A DNA stretch of 64,000 nt from Octopus bimaculoides (GCF_001194135.2 NC_068988.1:96436884-96500883), one strand, 5' to 3'; counted from the stretch's first letter, positions 12,111 to 27,701 are shown. Program-made: numbers and translations. The notes: generated by a model from the letters alone, not told the origin.

Positions 12111-14132
12111 GAGGTGAGTCTCCATTGTTGGCTCGTATATATTATATATATGAATATGTGTGTGCGTGCATGTGTATGTGTGTTTGTGTGTTTGTGTATG
12201 TGTTTAAGTATACACACACACAAACGCGCGCACACACACACACACATACACACACACACACACCGCGTGCTGATGCAGTTCTATGTATCTCCTTCAAGAT
12301 GTAACATTCTTGGAATACCGCTGGATAAAGCAGTGCATCCAGAATATGACAACTGGCGAAAGGATGCCTATATCTGCTGCTCACAGTTCGATAAGGGCCT
12401 AAAATAATTTACGAATGCATGGCGTACGCAATTGAGATATACTCGCTCGCGAGTGACGCCTCGTTCTACAATAATATATAATTAAACAGCATATCGTTAT
12501 ATATTAGGAATCAGTTGATTAACAGCCTGATTCGTCAATGAATTCTTGATAAATGTAAGCTATATGATGCATTGAATTTCTTTTCTTTCCTTCTTCGTCT
12601 ATACTCGAGAATACACACGCACACACACATACGTATACACAGACGGACACACATGGATGTATTTATGTATGCACGTAAGTGTGTATATATGTATCTGTAT
12701 AAATACATGCACACACACTCGTATATCTAGGAGTGTCTCGTTATATACCTAACCCAATACACATGCATGTCTACAGCCTTGTAACTTGTAAATGCAGAAC
12801 ATATTTCTCCAGTAAAACTGTACACCATTGCTCAACCTCTGAGTATTAATTGTATGTTATGAAATACAGAGACCACCACCACCACCACCACCACCACTAA
12901 AATAGCAAAACAGTAACCATAAAAAACAACAACAACAGCATCAATAACAATGTCAACAACAACCAATTTTAACAACGACCGCTTCTGCTGTTTTTGCTGC
13001 GGTTGCTGTTACTGCTGCTGCTGCTGCTGCTACTACTACCACTACTACTCACACAAATCTATACACATATACACACTTACACAAGCACACACAAACGTAA
13101 ATTCATCCGATGTGATGCCTTTAGGGAGGAAAGATTTCTACAATAGAAGGTTATGTCAACAGAACAATTTCGAAGCCGAAACAGGGATTATAATGACTCG
13201 TTTTTAACACAATACACTTTTCACTCTTTCCATTTGTGTAAAAAGACAATCATTTCTGCTATCTCTGTCTCTTTCTCGCACTAATTTTTCTTTTCTTTTT
13301 GCAACAGAAATGAAACGAAAAGTCAATTCTGCTGCAATTCCAAACACGAATTCTTACAATACAAATGATAAATTTATAGGTTATCAGTCTCTCTACGGAG
13401 CATTTGGAATAATTTTAGATATGTTTTAGGAGAATTAAAAAAAAAAATGTTAGCATAGAACAGTCAGATAGCCAGAGGTGGCTTGGGTGTGTCTCAATAG
13501 GCTCAAACGAACCTTTGAGATTCCTTCAACAAATCTTGTCAGTAGAGTTTTAGTTTTAGGGGCAGATGAAAATGTCTTAAGGCAATAGCTTTCGAATACC
13601 TCGATTACTTGAGAATTTTTAAAAATGAAAGCCAGGCTGTTTGATTGATATTGATGTGGGGATAGGGCGATTGGGTGCGACTGTTTAACCGCTGGTAATT
13701 TGATGCGGCTGCTTTAGCGATGGAGGGAAACACACACGCAGATACATGCGCATGTGCGCGCAGATATATACACATACAAATAAAGAGTAAGAGAGGGAGG
13801 GAATGCGAGAGAAGGAGGGATACTATATGATTTATTCATTAAGCACGATTGACATAAATACTCTCCTTTTCCTCATACACACACATAAGGAGAGAGAGAG
13901 AGAGAGAGAGAGAGAGAAGCATTAAGATGTCTGATGTCAAATAAGTCAGCGTCGAATCAATGGGCGGCACCAAAACGTCGCATTCCTATGAATATTGCGG
14001 TACTAAAGCCAGAAGAGAGTAAAAGCAGAAGAGCATAAAAGTTGCTTCACCGATCTTAGTTACTTCATTTTAGTATTTGAGTTCAACTCCTGCTAACGTT
14101 GACTTTATCTTTCATTCTGACAAACTTCTTAA

Positions 14133-14322
14133 AATATTCTTTTCTACTCTAAGCACAAGGCTCGAAATTTTTGGGCAGGGGCCAGTCGATTAGATCGACC
14201 CCAGTACGCAACTGCTACTTAATCTATCGACCACGAAAGGATGAAAGGCAAAGTCGACCTCGGCAGAATTTGAACTCAGGACGTAAAGACAGACGAAATA
14301 CCGCTAAGCATTTCGCCGCCTT
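14133..14322 (-). mobile_element. SINE family S1 copy (deletion near head)
   Basis: High similarity to the 42588 and 51862 copies; B-box-like GAGTTCAAATTC on the minus strand. Confidence 0.88.
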
Positions 14323-15327
14323 AAGTTAGGTATTAATGTTAGCTAAAGCAATGAGTACCCTAATTCTTCAATTTTTCGATATATAAACATTCAGCATACA
14401 CACAAAGATATCTTTTTTCTTCCTAAATCTGGAAATTTAAATAATTCTTTATAAAGTTTAGGTGGATTAATATGTCTTCGCACTTACACTTCATAAACCA
14501 GTTGGAGTATGTTTGAACAATCATTGGCAAGCATCTTGCTCACACTCCCCTCCTCACCATCCAAGTTACTTGTAGTTCCAATAGACAAAAAGGATCCGGT
14601 TTCAAGTAATAGCTAAGATAAAAGTGAAACATAAGTATGCAACATTTTTTTCATCCCCTGAATCAGAACAGCACTTTGTTCCCCTGGTATTTTAAACTAT
14701 AATCTGATATTTTAGAACCATCTAAATGACTGTTCTTGATGGTTTGTAACCGTATATGAGGTTGGCAAACAGTTTCAAGAAAACGTTAAAGAAAAAAATA
14801 TTTGAAAAAAAAAAAAATAGAAGATAAACCAGAAAACATGAAATAAAATAAAGAAGTAAAAAAAACTAAACGCAACTGGAATATTATTTGTTTCCTCAAG
14901 GAGCCATAACGAACTCCTAACCACCTCAAACGTGCTTTATCAATCGAGTTCCTATTGGAATGGTTACGTTATCAAGTGAGCATCTCGTTTCCTATGAGTG
15001 ATTAATTACGACGCATGTGGCCAGATGAATTTTGAATGATTTTCTAAAGGGAATCTTACAACAGCTGTGGCCTCGAGGAACAGAAACATCCATTCTCATT
15101 AATATTATTAAAGAAAATGGCAAACTGTGGACAGTTTATTGGTTTCATCCTCTTTTTTCTTCATAATTGGAGTGGATAGTGTGTTTTTGGGGTAGTTGTT
15201 GCTTAATAGATTGTTACTGAGATTGATAATTTCTTCGTGGTGTGTATCACGATCGCTACTTATATTCTTGGCTCGATGTTTTAGGCATCGATTTATAAGT
15301 CCTAAAATTCACTCCATAATTGCCCAC

Positions 15328-15562
15328 GGGCGTATGGCGTAGTGGTTAAGAGCGCGGGATACTAACCCCAAGATTGTAGGCAGTGACCTGAATAATAATA
15401 ATAATAATAATAATAACAACAACATCGAAAAATACCTTAGGAATGAGAACCCAGAATCGAAATTTTCCTATATATGTATATTTTCCTGGAGGGTATATCA
15501 GCCGAAACGTTGTGTTAATAACAAACAAGATGAGGACAAATATCCGTCGAATGTAAATAATA
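15328..15562 (+). mobile_element. tRNA-headed short element with (AAT)n linker and Penelope-type tail; hammerhead core deleted in this copy
   Basis: A-box-like TGGCGTAGTGG (15335-15345), B box missing, (AAT)n ~15391-15415. Then 15421-15468 and 15486-15560 match 38616-38664 and 38682-38756 at roughly 90%. Confidence 0.7.
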
Positions 15563-15599
15563 TAGCGTATTATTCTTTGACCTGCATATTATTCTTAAT

Positions 15600-16200
15600 G
15601 CACCCGGGCAGATTCGAACGTGAATGTGTTTATCACCGTTGTGTTTCGTCACAAGAAAACAACTCCTTTACAACGAATGTGTGTTCATAACACACAGACT
15701 TCATTACTTTAAAGGATTCTGCGACAGCTGGTGTTTTGAAATCGTTGACTCTTGTCAGCTCGAATCACCTCAGACCAATGAATTTAACAAGAGTTGCTGT
15801 TCTTGTTCATAACTTCATTGAACAAACTGTTTGATAATCGATGTTGATATCTATCGACCGATATTAAATCGCCTTATACACTGTGAACAACAAGAATCAA
15901 AACGGTGACTTGCATATTTAATCTTCATTCATTCTCATGTCATTTTCTCAAATTTCTGTTTCCTATCAGTTGGATTGAATTCGAGAAGTAATGATACAAA
16001 GAATTCAAAAGCTATTTACTCTAGAATAATTCCTTTGACGAAGGCTTTGTTATAAAAGAACAAACAATTGGAACTGCAGTTTCACCATGCTATCTATCAT
16101 TTCTGGAATTATTTCTTGATAAGAATCAGTTTTGTCTTTTTTCAGTCAGGGATCAACGGCCAATAACACAAAATGCGAACATTTAAACATATTGTAGTTA
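15600..16200 (-). mobile_element. Probable very old LINE remnant
   Basis: LLEFNP (15988-15977) resembles LLEYHP/LLEYNF of the other remnants; also CIRRF, IGL and KHI. Many stops. Confidence 0.3.
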
Positions 16201-16643
16201 TTTCAATTAAATTTACCAGCCTCCCTTTACCAAGAGCTGTGTAATATAACGATTCTGAATATGTTTTAATTTTGACACTGGTTATCTAGTTCCATTCTAG
16301 CGCGTTAATTAGAAATACGTCTTTGGGTAACCTGCTAAAGCTGTGAAGAGAAAGATAAGCTTCGGGCAAAACTGGTCTACAAAAGAGGTTTAGTTCCTAA
16401 TTCTAGCCATTTCAGTTTGCTCGTGTCACTACTAACCTCATTATATATATAAACACGGTACATACATACATACATACATACACGCTTACACATACATACA
16501 TACATACACGCTTACACATACGTACACACATACATATATCCATACGCATATATATATATGTTTATATATGTATATTTATAGATACATAATTACATTCACG
16601 CCCTTAAAGATGATAATGCTTTCGCCCTAATATACATACCAGC

Positions 16644-16681
<38 letters not shown>

Positions 16682-17110
16682 NNNNNNNNNNNNNNNNNNN
16701 NNNNNNNNNNNNNNNNNNNNNNNNNNNNNNNNNNNNNNNNNNNNNNNNNNNNNNNNNNNNNNNNNNNNNNNNNNNNNNNNNNNNNNNNNNNNNNNNNNNN
16801 NNNNNNNNNNNNNNNNNNNNNNNNNNNNNNNNNNNNNNNNNNNNNNNNNNNNNNNNNNNNNNNNNNNNNNNNNNNNNNNNNNNNNNNNNNNNNNNNNNNN
16901 NNNNNNNNNNNNNNNNNNNNNNNNNNNNNNNNNNNNNNNNNNNNNNNNNNNNNNNNNNNNNNNNNNNNNNNNNNNNNNNNNNNNNNNNNNNNNNNNNNNN
17001 NNNNNNNNNNNNNNNNNNNNNNNNNNNNNNNNNNNNNNNNNNNNNNNNNNNNNNNNNNNNNNNNNNNNNNNNNNNNNNNNNNNNNNNNNNNNNNNNNNNN
17101 NNNNNNNNNN

Positions 17111-17152
<42 letters not shown>

Positions 17153-17563
17153 GCACACATCTGAAGGTTAACTTTACTACAAGTATCTTCAACACTGCTT
17201 TGTTTCTTAACTCTCCACTGATGACAGAGACGAGACATTCGTTCTTTTCAACAGAGTCTGACACGTTAGGAGCTACATGTACTAAGGTTGACCTCACTAA
17301 TAACTGACTAACAGTCAAACAGAATCCAACTGGTTGTGCAGACCCCACCACTCACATGCAGGCACACATACACACACACACATACACATCCATGTATACA
17401 TACAGACATATATGCATACTTACAGACAAAGAGCTCGCACATATATGATATACAATATACACATACACACACACACATATATATGCGTATAAGAAGGGAT
17501 GACCACTAAGTGGACATCCGATATGCTAGAAAAAGATCATCTACGATCTAACCACAAAGAAAA

Positions 17564-17740
17564 GAATGTTCTCTAGAAAAAATTCAGCAAACACCAGAAC
17601 ATAAGCGGGCAAGACAAATGAAAAGATACAAAATAAAGATGGCGAAACCCGGTATACGATCAATTCTTTATTTTGTATATTTTCATTTGTCTTGCCCGCT
17701 TATGTTCTGGTCTTTGCTGAATTTTTTCTAGAGAACATTC
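17564..17740. repeat. Long hairpin: 76-bp inverted arms (2 mismatches), 25-nt loop
   Basis: 17564-17639 vs reverse complement of 17665-17740. Confidence 0.92.
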
Positions 17741-18045
17741 TAGAGAACATTTTATATTTTTCGTATTTTCTTAGCTTTTTGCAGTCGGTTTGGAACAGTA
17801 AAGTATCCGAGGTTTCCAGACCATCACAGTTTCATTATCAGGAAATGAATTGAATATATTTGACATTTGTCTTGTTTCTTATTTACTGATTGAATTCACG
17901 CAGACTTTCCCTCGAAAAAGGATTTTTCGCTGCTAGAATCACGCACGCACACACGCACACACATATACACTCACATATATACAAATATATACACGTACTT
18001 ATATATGTCTGTAAATAAATATATATGCGTATGTATTTATGACTA

Positions 18046-18238
18046 TATTCTTTTCTGCTGTAGGCACAAGGCCCGAAATTTGGAGGGAGGGGCCAGTCGA
18101 TTAGATCGACTCCGAAAAGATAAAAGGCAAAGTCGACCTTGGCGGAATTTGAACTCAGAACGTAAAGACAGACGAAATACCACTAAGCATTTCGCTAAGC
18201 ATTTTGCCCGGCTAATGATTCAGCCAGCTAGCCGCCTT
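18046..18238 (-). mobile_element. SINE family S1 copy (internal deletion, small duplication)
   Basis: Same consensus blocks; ctaagcattt duplicated. Confidence 0.85.
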
Positions 18239-18543
18239 GTTTGTGACTATATTGTATTCCTGGATCCTTGCGGATGTGCCTAAGTACATCTGAGTGCTAA
18301 TATATTGCGTATGTGTAAACACTTGTGCTTGAGCGTGAATAAATAGTTTATTTTGTAGGAAATACATGTACTTTCATTTTTGTAATCTTTTATTCGCGTC
18401 TAGAGACACTTTACTCTTTGTCGTGATAAAAGTGACACCCATCGTCTTCTCCAATACAGTTTTAAGTGATCAGGAAAGGATTGTGAAACTCGGAATGACA
18501 ACAAAGAAATCTTAGTAATACTAGTTTGCAAAATAAAACGAAT

Positions 18544-18607
<64 letters not shown>

Positions 18608-18821
18608 ATTCGTCTATGTGTGTGTGTGTGTGTGTGAGCTATCAACATGTTAGTAACTCACAGCCAATCTGTCAATAAAAAATTTGAATTCGGCAGTAAA
18701 TTAAATTAAATTATAGTGATAACAAATATTGTATAAATTAATGTGTATACACACACAAACAACCACTCACTCACACACACACACACACATACATATATTT
18801 ACACACACACACACATACATA

Positions 18822-18856
<35 letters not shown>

Positions 18857-20573
18857 GCTTACATGTAGCATAGTTTTATTTGTTTAAAAAAACCGTAAGA
18901 AAAAAACCAAGTGATATTCATCTGTTGTTCCTCTCATTTTTGCCGCACTCCTTCGAATTTATTTTCTTCCCAAAGCAAACACTGAAGTTCCTTGTCTCAC
19001 AGTGCGATTGTCTTCTCTTTATCAATGATGGATAACTTTATAAAAATATAAAACAACAGAACAAGAATCTAAACGTTTCCATTCAAATATGGCAGCTAGA
19101 CTGAAATTTAATGAGAAAAAGTGAAAAGAAGAACTGAAATAATGCTGTCGTCATGTACCAAATGGCCGGGCATTGCTGTTAGACTGAATTACTATTTTGT
19201 GTGATGCCTGAGGTTTTCCCGACCTCCTTCTAGATAACATTTTACGAATACAAATCGTGTTTTATTAATGTATACGTATACACATGCTTAACATTTATGT
19301 GTGTATATATGTATAGGCATGTCTGGATATCTGCGCGCGCGTGTGTCCTTGTAATACAAATTTACACGCTAAGATGTACCCATAAATGGAGGTGCTGTAT
19401 GGCAACAGCCTGAAGGCTGAAGCCACCAGGAGAGCAAAGGGCTAAAGAACTAAAGTGTATACCCCTCCCTAAATACACATCACAACAGCCACGAACACAC
19501 ATATACAAACATCTGCATATATATATATATATGTACATCGAGAAAGGGAGAGAAACGACAAAGAGAGGAGAAAAGAGAGACAGATAGAGATTTTTACGAT
19601 AAACCACCCACATTGACCCACACTCATACACACACACACGTGTATACATATCTATTTGTATGTGTGTGTGTGTGCGTGTGCGTGCGCGCGAGTTTAAACA
19701 CGTTTCGTTAACTCCGCAGCCATATTTCATTTTGATAAGCTTGATGTTCCTTGATGTCTTGTGCCTCTGTTTTGCGTTGTACGCTTCTTACTTTCTGGAA
19801 TTGGAACATAGAAATACGTCTGCTATATCTTGTATTTGGTTTGATTTCTTTAGGTCAGTGCAATATTTCTTATGTTATATCAAATACAATGATTTCTTTC
19901 ATTTTCGCAAAGATTGAGATTCGTAAAATGATTTAAAGTCGTGATAGGAGAAGTTGAACTATTCAATCATTTACTACAAACATAAGAAAGAGAATTCCGT
20001 ATACAAGAAATATAAAATAAAATGTAATATGATAAATAAATGAAGACAAAAACATGCAAAATAAAAGGGAAATGAAAGGCAATCGAATCTGGCAGGGAAA
20101 CTTACTAGAAATCGTCGCCCGATTTTTGCTTCTTTTTCAAGTTAGAAATAATCTGGCATCATCCTGAAAATACGGTTGAAATAATTCTTTAATTGAACAA
20201 ACGCACAAAATCACCAGCCAACGACGGGCTCACTTTTCGGTCGTTTGATCTACTTGAAGTAACAGTCAAATATTTCTTAAATCACAACGTAAGGACAAAC
20301 ATATTGAACACTTCGATTGACAGACGTTTCACGAGATCAAAGTTCTAAAACCAAAGTTCTAAAACATTGCTTTTGCGAAGCTTCTGTCTTGTGAACTGTA
20401 AGGCTTTAGGATGCGGTTGGAGAGATATTTGGTTACTTCGTCGGGCCTATCCAAGCGACCTTATTGGTTCCTAATTTTCCTGTGCTTCGATGTTGATGCT
20501 ACATGCAATAAAGTTTAAAGTTCCTTCGAATAATTTTTGCCAAAGTGTGTTCTCCTCTCCATTCTCTCCCTCC

Positions 20574-20774
<201 letters not shown>

Positions 20775-21152
20775 GTCTGTCTGTTTGTCTGTCTGTCAGT
20801 TTGCCTATCTATCTGCATTCCAGAAGTATTTAGACTACTCTAACTTCCTTCAAAGTAGGATCCTATCACGTCAATGCACTTGTAGCGCTCCATCCACTTC
20901 GTGAAGGCTCAATGGAAGTCACCCAAAGAGAAGATGCTCAGGACCCGTGTTACAGCCTTCTTCATCTATAAAACGATGGACCCTGGGGTCCTTCAGATTG
21001 GGAACGCAACCAAAAGTCACAAGGAGCAGGTCTCTTTCAAGTGATTGGTTACCAGGATGGAATTGTAACGAGCGCTGTTTAGTAGGGTGTGTTCAAAGAG
21101 CAGTCTCCTTCAATCTGCATGAACATAAGTTGGCAGGTCAGCTTATTAGATA

Positions 21153-21454
21153 TGTTGTTCCTTTTCGAGCTAAGTCAGGCTCACGAGGGCCGGTTTCCCG
21201 GTTTCATTGGCGTATAGGTTCCCCACCTGGACGGGACGCTGGTCCGTCATAGGTGACCTGCTAGATGCAGGAACAAAGAGTGAGAGAAAGTTGTGGCGAA
21301 AGAGTCAGCAGAAGTTCGCCATTACCTTCTGTCGGAGCCGCGTGGAGCTTAGGTGTTTCGCTCATAAACACACACATCACTCGGTCTGAGGTTCGAACCC
21401 ACGATCCCTCGACCGGGAGCCCGCTGCTCTAACCACTAGGCCATATGCCTCCAC
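21153..21454 (-). mobile_element. Full-length tRNA-derived SINE (fourth family)
   Basis: Minus strand gtggaggcatatggcctagtggttagagcagcg (A box) ... gggttcgaacc (B box), followed by a ~230-nt body. Confidence 0.82.
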
Positions 21455-21860
21455 ACTTACTAAATGTGTAGTAACGAGAAACTAAAGTTACAACAAACTA
21501 GGACAGTTATGACCACTTCTAAAAAGTGTATATGTGTGGATATACATAGACTCATATATAACATATACACACACACATATACATAAACAAACACACCTAC
21601 ATGGTTGCGTGTGCATGTGTGTGTGAGTGTGCGCTGGGCTATGTGTGTGTACATGTGTGTACATGTGGGTATAGTTTATTGAGACTGAATTTGTTTTATC
21701 GCTACTCAAGTCTCTCCCCTTAACAAAATCTTCAGGAAAATCGTAATTGTTTGAAATGAGTGAAAACAAGAGTCCCCCAGTCATACTCCACACAATGTGC
21801 TGAGTTCTCTTTTTCTCCTATGTTCACAGACTAAAATATTTGAATGTATATACATATATG

Positions 21861-21965
<105 letters not shown>

Positions 21966-22417
21966 ACATAAACACATATACTCACATATATATGGAGAGA
22001 TGTGTATGTGTGTGATCATATCTTTCTTATCAATTTTAACAAGAAATTTCTTAAGCCATACATTTTTCGCTGCAGAGGGTTCTAATTCGTTGAAAAAAAA
22101 AAATGCAAAATAAAAATATCTCTAGAATAAAATATATTCATTCGAAGGAAAGAAAGAAAGCGATTCATTTTACAGTTTATTTCAGAGAAGATTAATCATA
22201 ATTTGTGTTGAAAAGGTTCTTAAATTTCATGATTATAATTGATAATTAACAATTATGTTGGTATATTACATACATACATACATACATACATACATGCATG
22301 CATACACATATACATACATACATACATACATATATACATATATACGTACAGAATACATACATACATGCATGCATACATACATACATGCATATATACATTC
22401 ATACATACATACATACA

Positions 22418-22448
<31 letters not shown>

Positions 22449-23517
22449 TTCTTTCGATGTTTTAGCAAATTCCGAAAACACTGAATAAAAATATTTATAT
22501 AGATNNNNNNNNNNNNNNNNNNNNNNNNNNNNNNNNNNNNNNNNNNNNNNNNNNNNNNNNNNNNNNNNNNNNNNNNNNNNNNNNNNNNNNNNNNNNNNNN
22601 NNNNNNNNNNNNNNNNNNNNNNNNNNNNNNNNNNNNNNNNNNNNNNNNNNNNNNNNNNNNNNNNNNNNNNNNNNNNNNNNNNNNNNNNNNNNNNNNNNNN
22701 NNNNNNNNNNNNNNNNNNNNNNNNNNNNNNNNNNNNNNNNNNNNNNNNNNNNNNNNNNNNNNNNNNNNNNNNNNNNNNNNNNNNNNNNNNNNNNNNNNNN
22801 NNNNNNNNNNNNNNNNNNNNNNNNNNNNNNNNNNNNNNNNNNNNNNNNNNNNNNNNNNNNNNNNNNNNNNNNNNNNNNNNNNNNNNNNNNNNNNNNNNNN
22901 NNNNNNNNNNNNNNNNNNNNNNNNNNNNNNNNNNNNNNNNNNNNNNNNNNNNNNNNNNNGATTTGTTGGCCTTTTATGTTTTTATAATTATGTTATGTTA
23001 TATATTATATTCATAGTATTTAATGTAATATTGTAATATAAATAAATTATTGGATTGTAAATTGAATATCTCTATATTTAATTTATCTTTATATATATTT
23101 ACTGACTTATATATATATATATTTATATATATATAGGGCTGAACCTTTGAATTAGTTGTGCAATCCATCCGAGGGCTTCCACACAACTCCGTCTATTCCG
23201 TTTTATTTACAAGGCTTAGGTCCACCCGAAGCTAAGCGAACTCCTTTACCACTCAGCCATGCTTGTATCCCCTACATACACAAACGGACGCATACACACA
23301 TGCACATAATTACACATACACTCATGTACTCCCACATGACATACTAATTAATACGAGAAGGGATGAAATCAATTCATTCTAGTAGAGGCATATATACACG
23401 CGTATATACGTGCAAGCCTGCTCACACACACACGCACACACACATATATATATACGTATATATACACACACCCATATTATACTATGTGTTATATATATAT
23501 ATTATATACCATGTATG

Positions 23518-23580
<63 letters not shown>

Positions 23581-24119
23581 ATTGCTGTAATATATATATA
23601 TCATATATGTAGAAATATATTATATATATATATACATATATACATGCATACCTACATATACACGCACTCTCGTACATACATGCAAACATACGTGTGCGTA
23701 CACACACACACATGCACGCACGCACGCACAGATGCGTGCTATGTGCGTATGTCTATAAAAGAATGACTATATTTGATTAGTCAGCAGAAATAATGAACTA
23801 TTTGGCTGTATAAAGGCACAAGTGATTCTACTTAATAAACACTTTTTTAAGAACACAAGAATATCTCTGTCAGATTCCACTGAACTGGTATATATATTTA
23901 CTATTTGCATATTTACTGTATATTTACTGTGACCGAAGGCTATAAATAAAACAGGACACTAGCAAGATGTACAGATTGAACCTTAAATCAAACAGGAAAC
24001 CTTTACGTTATGATTTGATCTGCAAGAAATAGGCGCTAAACCTCTCTCTAATCATATTCAACTATTATAAGGGGAGGCCCATTGAAACAAGTAATCCTAC
24101 ATAATCGTAAAAGATGAGA

Positions 24120-24800
24120 TGACCACAACAAGAATGTTTTTGATGATTGTCCTGTTGTTCGCTAGGACTAACCTGGATTTTAATAACAATACAATTAAAA
24201 CTCTTTTGAAGTAGCTTTGGTCAGAGAACTCCTCTTCTATATTTCGACACTTAAAGAATGGATAAATGATATTTCACGACAGTTATTTCTGTAGTTCAAA
24301 TAATTCAATAGGACCGATGATTTCAAGAAAATTAGTATACTATATAAATATAATCCGGTTATTTTTTATTGTTGTTTTATAATTTCAAACATTTTGTCAA
24401 ATACTTGACGTCGGAAAGCGGAAGATTTGTCAAATACTCTGTATTAAATAGATGCGTCTCGAAAGTTAATATTTCGATTGGTTCAGAAATTCAGTTGATA
24501 TTGTTGAAAGTGGTAATGTTTGGGAGAATATAGCGATACATCTTCAACCAATCTAAAGCTTCTGAAGCGGAGCGGGCGAAGTAAAACCCACTGAGATGGA
24601 TACAATAAATATTCAACAGATACAGGTCTATAAAATATCATACAGCATAAATTTTTGATTTATCTAAATTACTTAATGCAGATGATTCTACAGTTATGTA
24701 TGTTATACATTTTGGGACTAAAATCTAGACAAAAGTAATCGAACGGTCTCTTATCACTTCTACAGAGACAGTCAAGCGTATTATCCGCAGTCCTTTCACA
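24120..24800 (-). mobile_element. Probable very old LINE remnant
   Basis: WLKMYRYILPNI and VFDKMF resemble MKMYQFIENI (40.9 kb) and FDRML (10.5 kb). Short motif matches only. Confidence 0.25.
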
Positions 24801-24814
24801 CAATTAGGCTGTAT

Positions 24815-24846
<32 letters not shown>

Positions 24847-25029
24847 ACACATACACACACACACACACACATACACACACACACACANNNNNNNNNNACA
24901 CTCACACACACATACACACACACACACACACATACACACACACACACACACAAAATAGATACACATACATACATACACATATATACATATACATATCTGT
25001 ATATATATATCTGTATATGTATGTGTATG

Positions 25030-25070
<41 letters not shown>

Positions 25071-25433
25071 AAAGAAGTAAACTGATTTGAAATTTACCCA
25101 GTCACACGCTATCTCCGTTACTAAAGTTAATTAAATAAATATAAATGCGACATGATATAATGTTTACAAGAAACATATGTTTTAAGAATATATCCTCAAG
25201 GGTCTCAGAATGAACGGGTAGAAGGGGAAATGAGCAAAAGAGAAGAATTATGAGTAATAAAAGAGAAATGGCCATTGAAATGGAATTGGAAGTCATCCGC
25301 AAGAAATCCTCAGGTTCAACTGATATCTTTTCCGTTAGCCATATCTCTTACTCGCCTCCTTCACAATATACATCCTTACCTTTCTTACGCATACATGTAC
25401 GTACATAAATACGTATATGATGTATATGTGTTA

Positions 25434-25472
<39 letters not shown>

Positions 25473-26230
25473 CACACACANNNNNNNNNNNNNNNNNNNN
25501 NNNNNNNNNNNNNNNNNNNNNNNNNNNNNNNNNNNNNNNNNNNNNNNNNNNNNNNNNNNNNNNNNNNNNNNNNNNNNNNNNNNNNNNNNNNNNNNNNNNN
25601 NNNNNNNNNNNNNNNNNNNNNNNNNNNNNNNNNNNNNNNNNNNNNNNNNNNNNNNNNNNNNNNNNNNNNNNNNNNNNNNNNNNNNNNNNNNNNNNNNNNN
25701 NNNNNNNNNNNNNNNNNNNNNNNNNNNNNNNNNNNNNNNNNNNNNNNNNNNNNNNNNNNNNNNNNNNNNNNNNNNNNNNNNNNNNNNNNNNNNNNNNNNN
25801 NNNNNNTATATATATATATATATATATGTACACATATGTACGTGTATATAAGCATGTATACACACTCATGTATACGTGTGTAAGTGTGTGTGTATGTATA
25901 ACTAGTTTCTGCTAAGTTCGCCTGGTCCCTAACATTTAGCTTCATTTTACAGATTGAAATCTGTAGCAATCTTTAAAGAGCAAAATCGCCGGAGACGTAC
26001 CCTTACACACAATTTTAATGCGTAATTTAAAATGGCCGTATCCACTTCCGTTTACACATGCCCTGAAATATATTTCGGCAGTATCGCAACCTGTTACCTC
26101 CCCTTGATAGTATAAAAAAGTTTATAATATAGATAAAAATATATTATGACTTTGATAATGTAAAGATAGGAATAGAAGTTAAAACTAATAATTTTGGAGA
26201 TTATAAAATCAATCAGAAAAAAACCCCATC

Positions 26231-26490
26231 TTTTTATCTTTTGCTTGTTACTGTCATTGGACTGCGGCCATGCTACAGCAACGCCTTAAAGCATTTAGTC
26301 GAATAAATCGATCCTGGGGTATTTTAAAGTATTTTAAAATAGTTCTCTGTCGGCCAAAACCACTTACGAAACTTTGATTGGGGTCAAGGTTATAGTAGAA
26401 ATCACTTACCCAAGGAACTGCGCGGTGGAACTGAACCCAAGACCACCTAATTTTGAAGCAAGCGTCTTAACCTTGCATCCACATCTGCAC
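26231..26490 (-). mobile_element. SINE family S2, internally deleted copy
   Basis: Both head and tail blocks of S2 are present in reverse complement. Confidence 0.72.
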
Positions 26491-26585
26491 CATGCACTAT
26501 AGAGTGCCTTATATGATTATCGGCAGCAGATCAATTTTAAAAGTTCCACTCGTGCGCACACACTTGCACACAAGTACACAAGCAA

Positions 26586-26639
<54 letters not shown>

Positions 26640-27701
26640 CATACACACACATACACACCACACATGCACAAACAACACAAACACGGGCGCAAACGCATGC
26701 GCACATAAGGATACACATCATAGAAGGGCAGAATGGAGTAAGTGGCGCAAATCGAAAAGTGTCGCTGACGAGATCACAGATGCGTGACGAAAGATTTCCG
26801 GACAATGGACATGAGTTAAAAAATAAGAACAGTAATAAACGAGTGAAGAACGAATATATAGTGCGTGTGTTTATTTGGCAAAAAAAAAGAAGCCCATACC
26901 GAAGTACAACAATATCAGTTTCAACACACGATTTAACATCAGGAATCTTGCAANNNNNNNNNNATTCCCGAGCGTCATACTAATATATACTTTTGTTATT
27001 TACACCACCTGTCCTCGTCTGTTGTTATTTTTTGTATATTCTCCCATATATATATATATATATATATACATACATACACATGTGTGTGATGTGTGTAAAT
27101 GCACATAAACAGACGCGCACATACACACGAACACACACACACCATATCCATAAGCGCACATGTGTGTGTGTGTGTGAAGGTACACTGTTACGAAAAAGAC
27201 ATGATATTCAAGTGTCACATGTGTTACGTGGTGGATGTTGGTCGCTGTTTTATTAAAACAGAGCAGTCAGTCTGTTACACTTTTGAAGTAATTAATCCTA
27301 CTGTCTTAATAAATCTTTTGAGTGTAGGTGGTTTGATCGTACGGATATTTACCGAATGGAATTGATCAAATTTATTTTACAGTTGCAAGTCAAATCCTAC
27401 GTGGTTTATTCCCAGACGCGCGAGTAGCACAACCAGGTTGTGTTGCGTATTCTTTCTGGAAACCGTATTTCTTTTTCACTGTGTGTGTGTGTGTGTGTGT
27501 TCGTCTGGAGGGTTTGTGCTTGGAGAATTTGTGTGTTCCCATACACTTGGGTTGAGAGATGGGACGCAAAAGGAAACTAAAGTGAAATTACAGAAATTCG
27601 AAAAGCAAATTTTGTTTATCTAAGCTCCGATATCCAGCCTACTGAATCAGGAAGGCCACGCTGACATTGCACAGTTAATATACTGGAAGAAGAAACGGGA
27701 A

